Origin: Azolla caroliniana
Taxonomy: Eukaryota > Plantae > Polypodiophyta
Length of the DNA: 64,000 nt
NCBI GenBank assembly: GCA_043228905.1
Contig: JBHGNT010000003.1
Coordinates: 21,824,001 to 21,888,000 of the forward strand
Direction of reading: 5' to 3'
Shown: positions 62,385 through 64,000 of the stretch, in pieces
How the letters are laid out: every line of letters begins with the position of its first letter
Numbering within the stretch: position 1 is the stretch's first letter
Notes under the pieces: model-generated
What the model saw: only the letters and a program-made list of their open reading frames with translations
Database searches by the model: none
Told to the model about the DNA's origin: nothing
Translations under genes and position numbers: made by a program

Positions 62385-64000
62385 TCCAAAACCTCGGCGG
62401 TTCCCACCCGACTCACGCAACGATCCGGAGCCGAAAGGCACGACACAGTTGGTGAACCCGACGTGAAGACGGGTGGCAAGGGGATGGAGAATCAACAAGA
62501 GGCGATGAACATGATGATGATGATGGTTGAGCGGATGCAACAAGAACAACGCGCGATGATGGAGATGAAGGCGGTAGTAGAGCGGCTTGTGCGACGAAAT
62601 GGGGAATTCAACGGAAATGATGTGTCACGCTATCTACGTGACTACAAAGGGGAGATGATGCGATGTGGGATACCGGAAGGATTGCAAGTGATATCCTTCA
62701 GTCGGGTAGCCACGGATGAGTTACAAGAAAGAATCTACAAGATACAGCAACAAAATCCAACATGGGGGTCCTTTGAAGAAGCTTTACGAGAGGCATATGA
62801 CTACGAGAGATCGAAGGGACGAGATCAACACGAGTTTGACGAATGGGTGGCATCGGAGAAGACCCACCGAAGTGCAACATAAGCATTCCTAGAGTTCGAG
62901 CATCGTCTTGCTCGACTCTCGGAGCGGGAACAACGATTGGTGGGGGAGGATAAAGTCCTAATGTTCGTAAAATCGATCGATCGAAAAGAAAGGATGGACA
63001 TCGGGATTGAACTCGAAGACGATGACGGTGCGAATGGTCTTACCGAAGATTGGGCCAAAGCCCAAAGGGTATGCCAGAGACATGATGAGAGGAAGATGAG
63101 AATCTTGTGAACGATATGGCCGATGAAGGATGGTCGATTGAAGACAAACGATGGAGCCGATATGAAGGCCGAAATACAACATGATGGTGCGATGGAAGAG
63201 GGTGTAAAACAAGCTACCCTCTTGTCTTGCGAAAGAACAACGACGAAGGATAAGGCTGATAACCCAAGTGTAGAAGAAGATTTCAGAATACAAGTGTCCG
63301 AAACATCGGGTGAAAAGGGGTAAGCATAATTGATGCAATGAAAGAGAGCAAGGAGGACTTGATTGAGGAGGTCACCACGAAAGATGACATCGAATTGAAG
63401 GTGGCTATGGATGAATCAACGACGGATGGCCATATCGAGACTTTCCCACCACTGATTCCAGAGACTCCGGCGGTTGCGTTCGAAAGGCAACGTGAGACCG
63501 AAGAGACGGAAGGTGGCGGAGAGAAAACAAAGGTCGAAGCCGATGCGTATGACAGAGAGATAGCCGAGAATATGGCTATGGGTGAAACAACGGAGGATGA
63601 TAATACCGAGGATTCCTACCCACTAATTCTAGAGACTTCGGCGGTTGTGTCCGAGAACCAATGTGAGACCGGAGAGACGGGAGGTGGCAGCAAGGAAGGT
63701 AAAGTCGGAAGCCGGTTCGGATGGAAGATGATCCGTCTGAAATTCCGATGTAAACAAAAGCACGACAACGCGAAGGTCGGGTCTACGATGGGAGAAGCAT
63801 GTAATACGGAGCACGCGCTACGGCACCAAAAGAAGCACGTGCTACGGCGTAAAGAGAAGCACACGCTACGGCGCAAAAAGAAGCACGCGCTACGATGCAA
63901 AAAGAAGCATGCACTACGGGGTAATACGACATCTTCCTCCACAGTGACGTTGATAGAGGCAAGTGAGTCACAGATCTCTTTGATTCGGGCCGTGTAATCG
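62385..64000 (+). mobile_element. Ty3/gypsy-like element: LTR end, tRNA-Trp PBS and degenerate gag; runs off the window
   Basis: ...CACGACACA-GT-TGGTGAACCCGACGTGA (62450-62466) is complementary to the 3' end of plant tRNA-Trp. Gag-like FNGNDVSRYLRDYKGEM...WGSFEEALREAY...DGANGLTEDW with stops. 24-bp basic repeats (KKHALRxx) at ~63810-63920. Confidence 0.8.

Overview
Eukaryotic land-plant nuclear DNA, AT-rich with many microsatellites. A fern or other non-seed vascular plant is suggested by the TE types and the PPR-DYW gene, but this is inference. Five protein-coding genes can be reconstructed: a subgroup-IVb bHLH (bHLH121/bHLH11-like, minus strand, runs off the left edge), a PV42-like CBS-domain SnRK1-gamma-type gene, a 17-exon SULTR4-type vacuolar sulfate transporter, an intronless PLS-E-DYW PPR editing factor, and a 6-exon UBC19/20 (UBE2C) E2. 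The most unusual content is two independent tRNA-derived tandem arrays. The first is ~13 kb with roughly 30 whole or partial tRNA-Pro copies (AGG, TGG and CGG), whose spacers are themselves relic tRNA halves. The second is ~3 kb of tRNA-Thr(TGT) copies with a 91-bp head-to-tail unit and an excess of B-box-containing 3' halves. Both lie upstream of Pol II genes and are interrupted by TEs: a very young full-length Ty1/copia, a Mutator-like MITE, a copia gag relic and Ty3/gypsy LTRs. Other oddities are a triplicated splice acceptor plus exon start in the bHLH gene, a Cys-rich candidate uORF before SULTR4, and a DYW domain with a shortened gating region and a duplicated C-terminal tail. All coordinates and alignments were done by eye.
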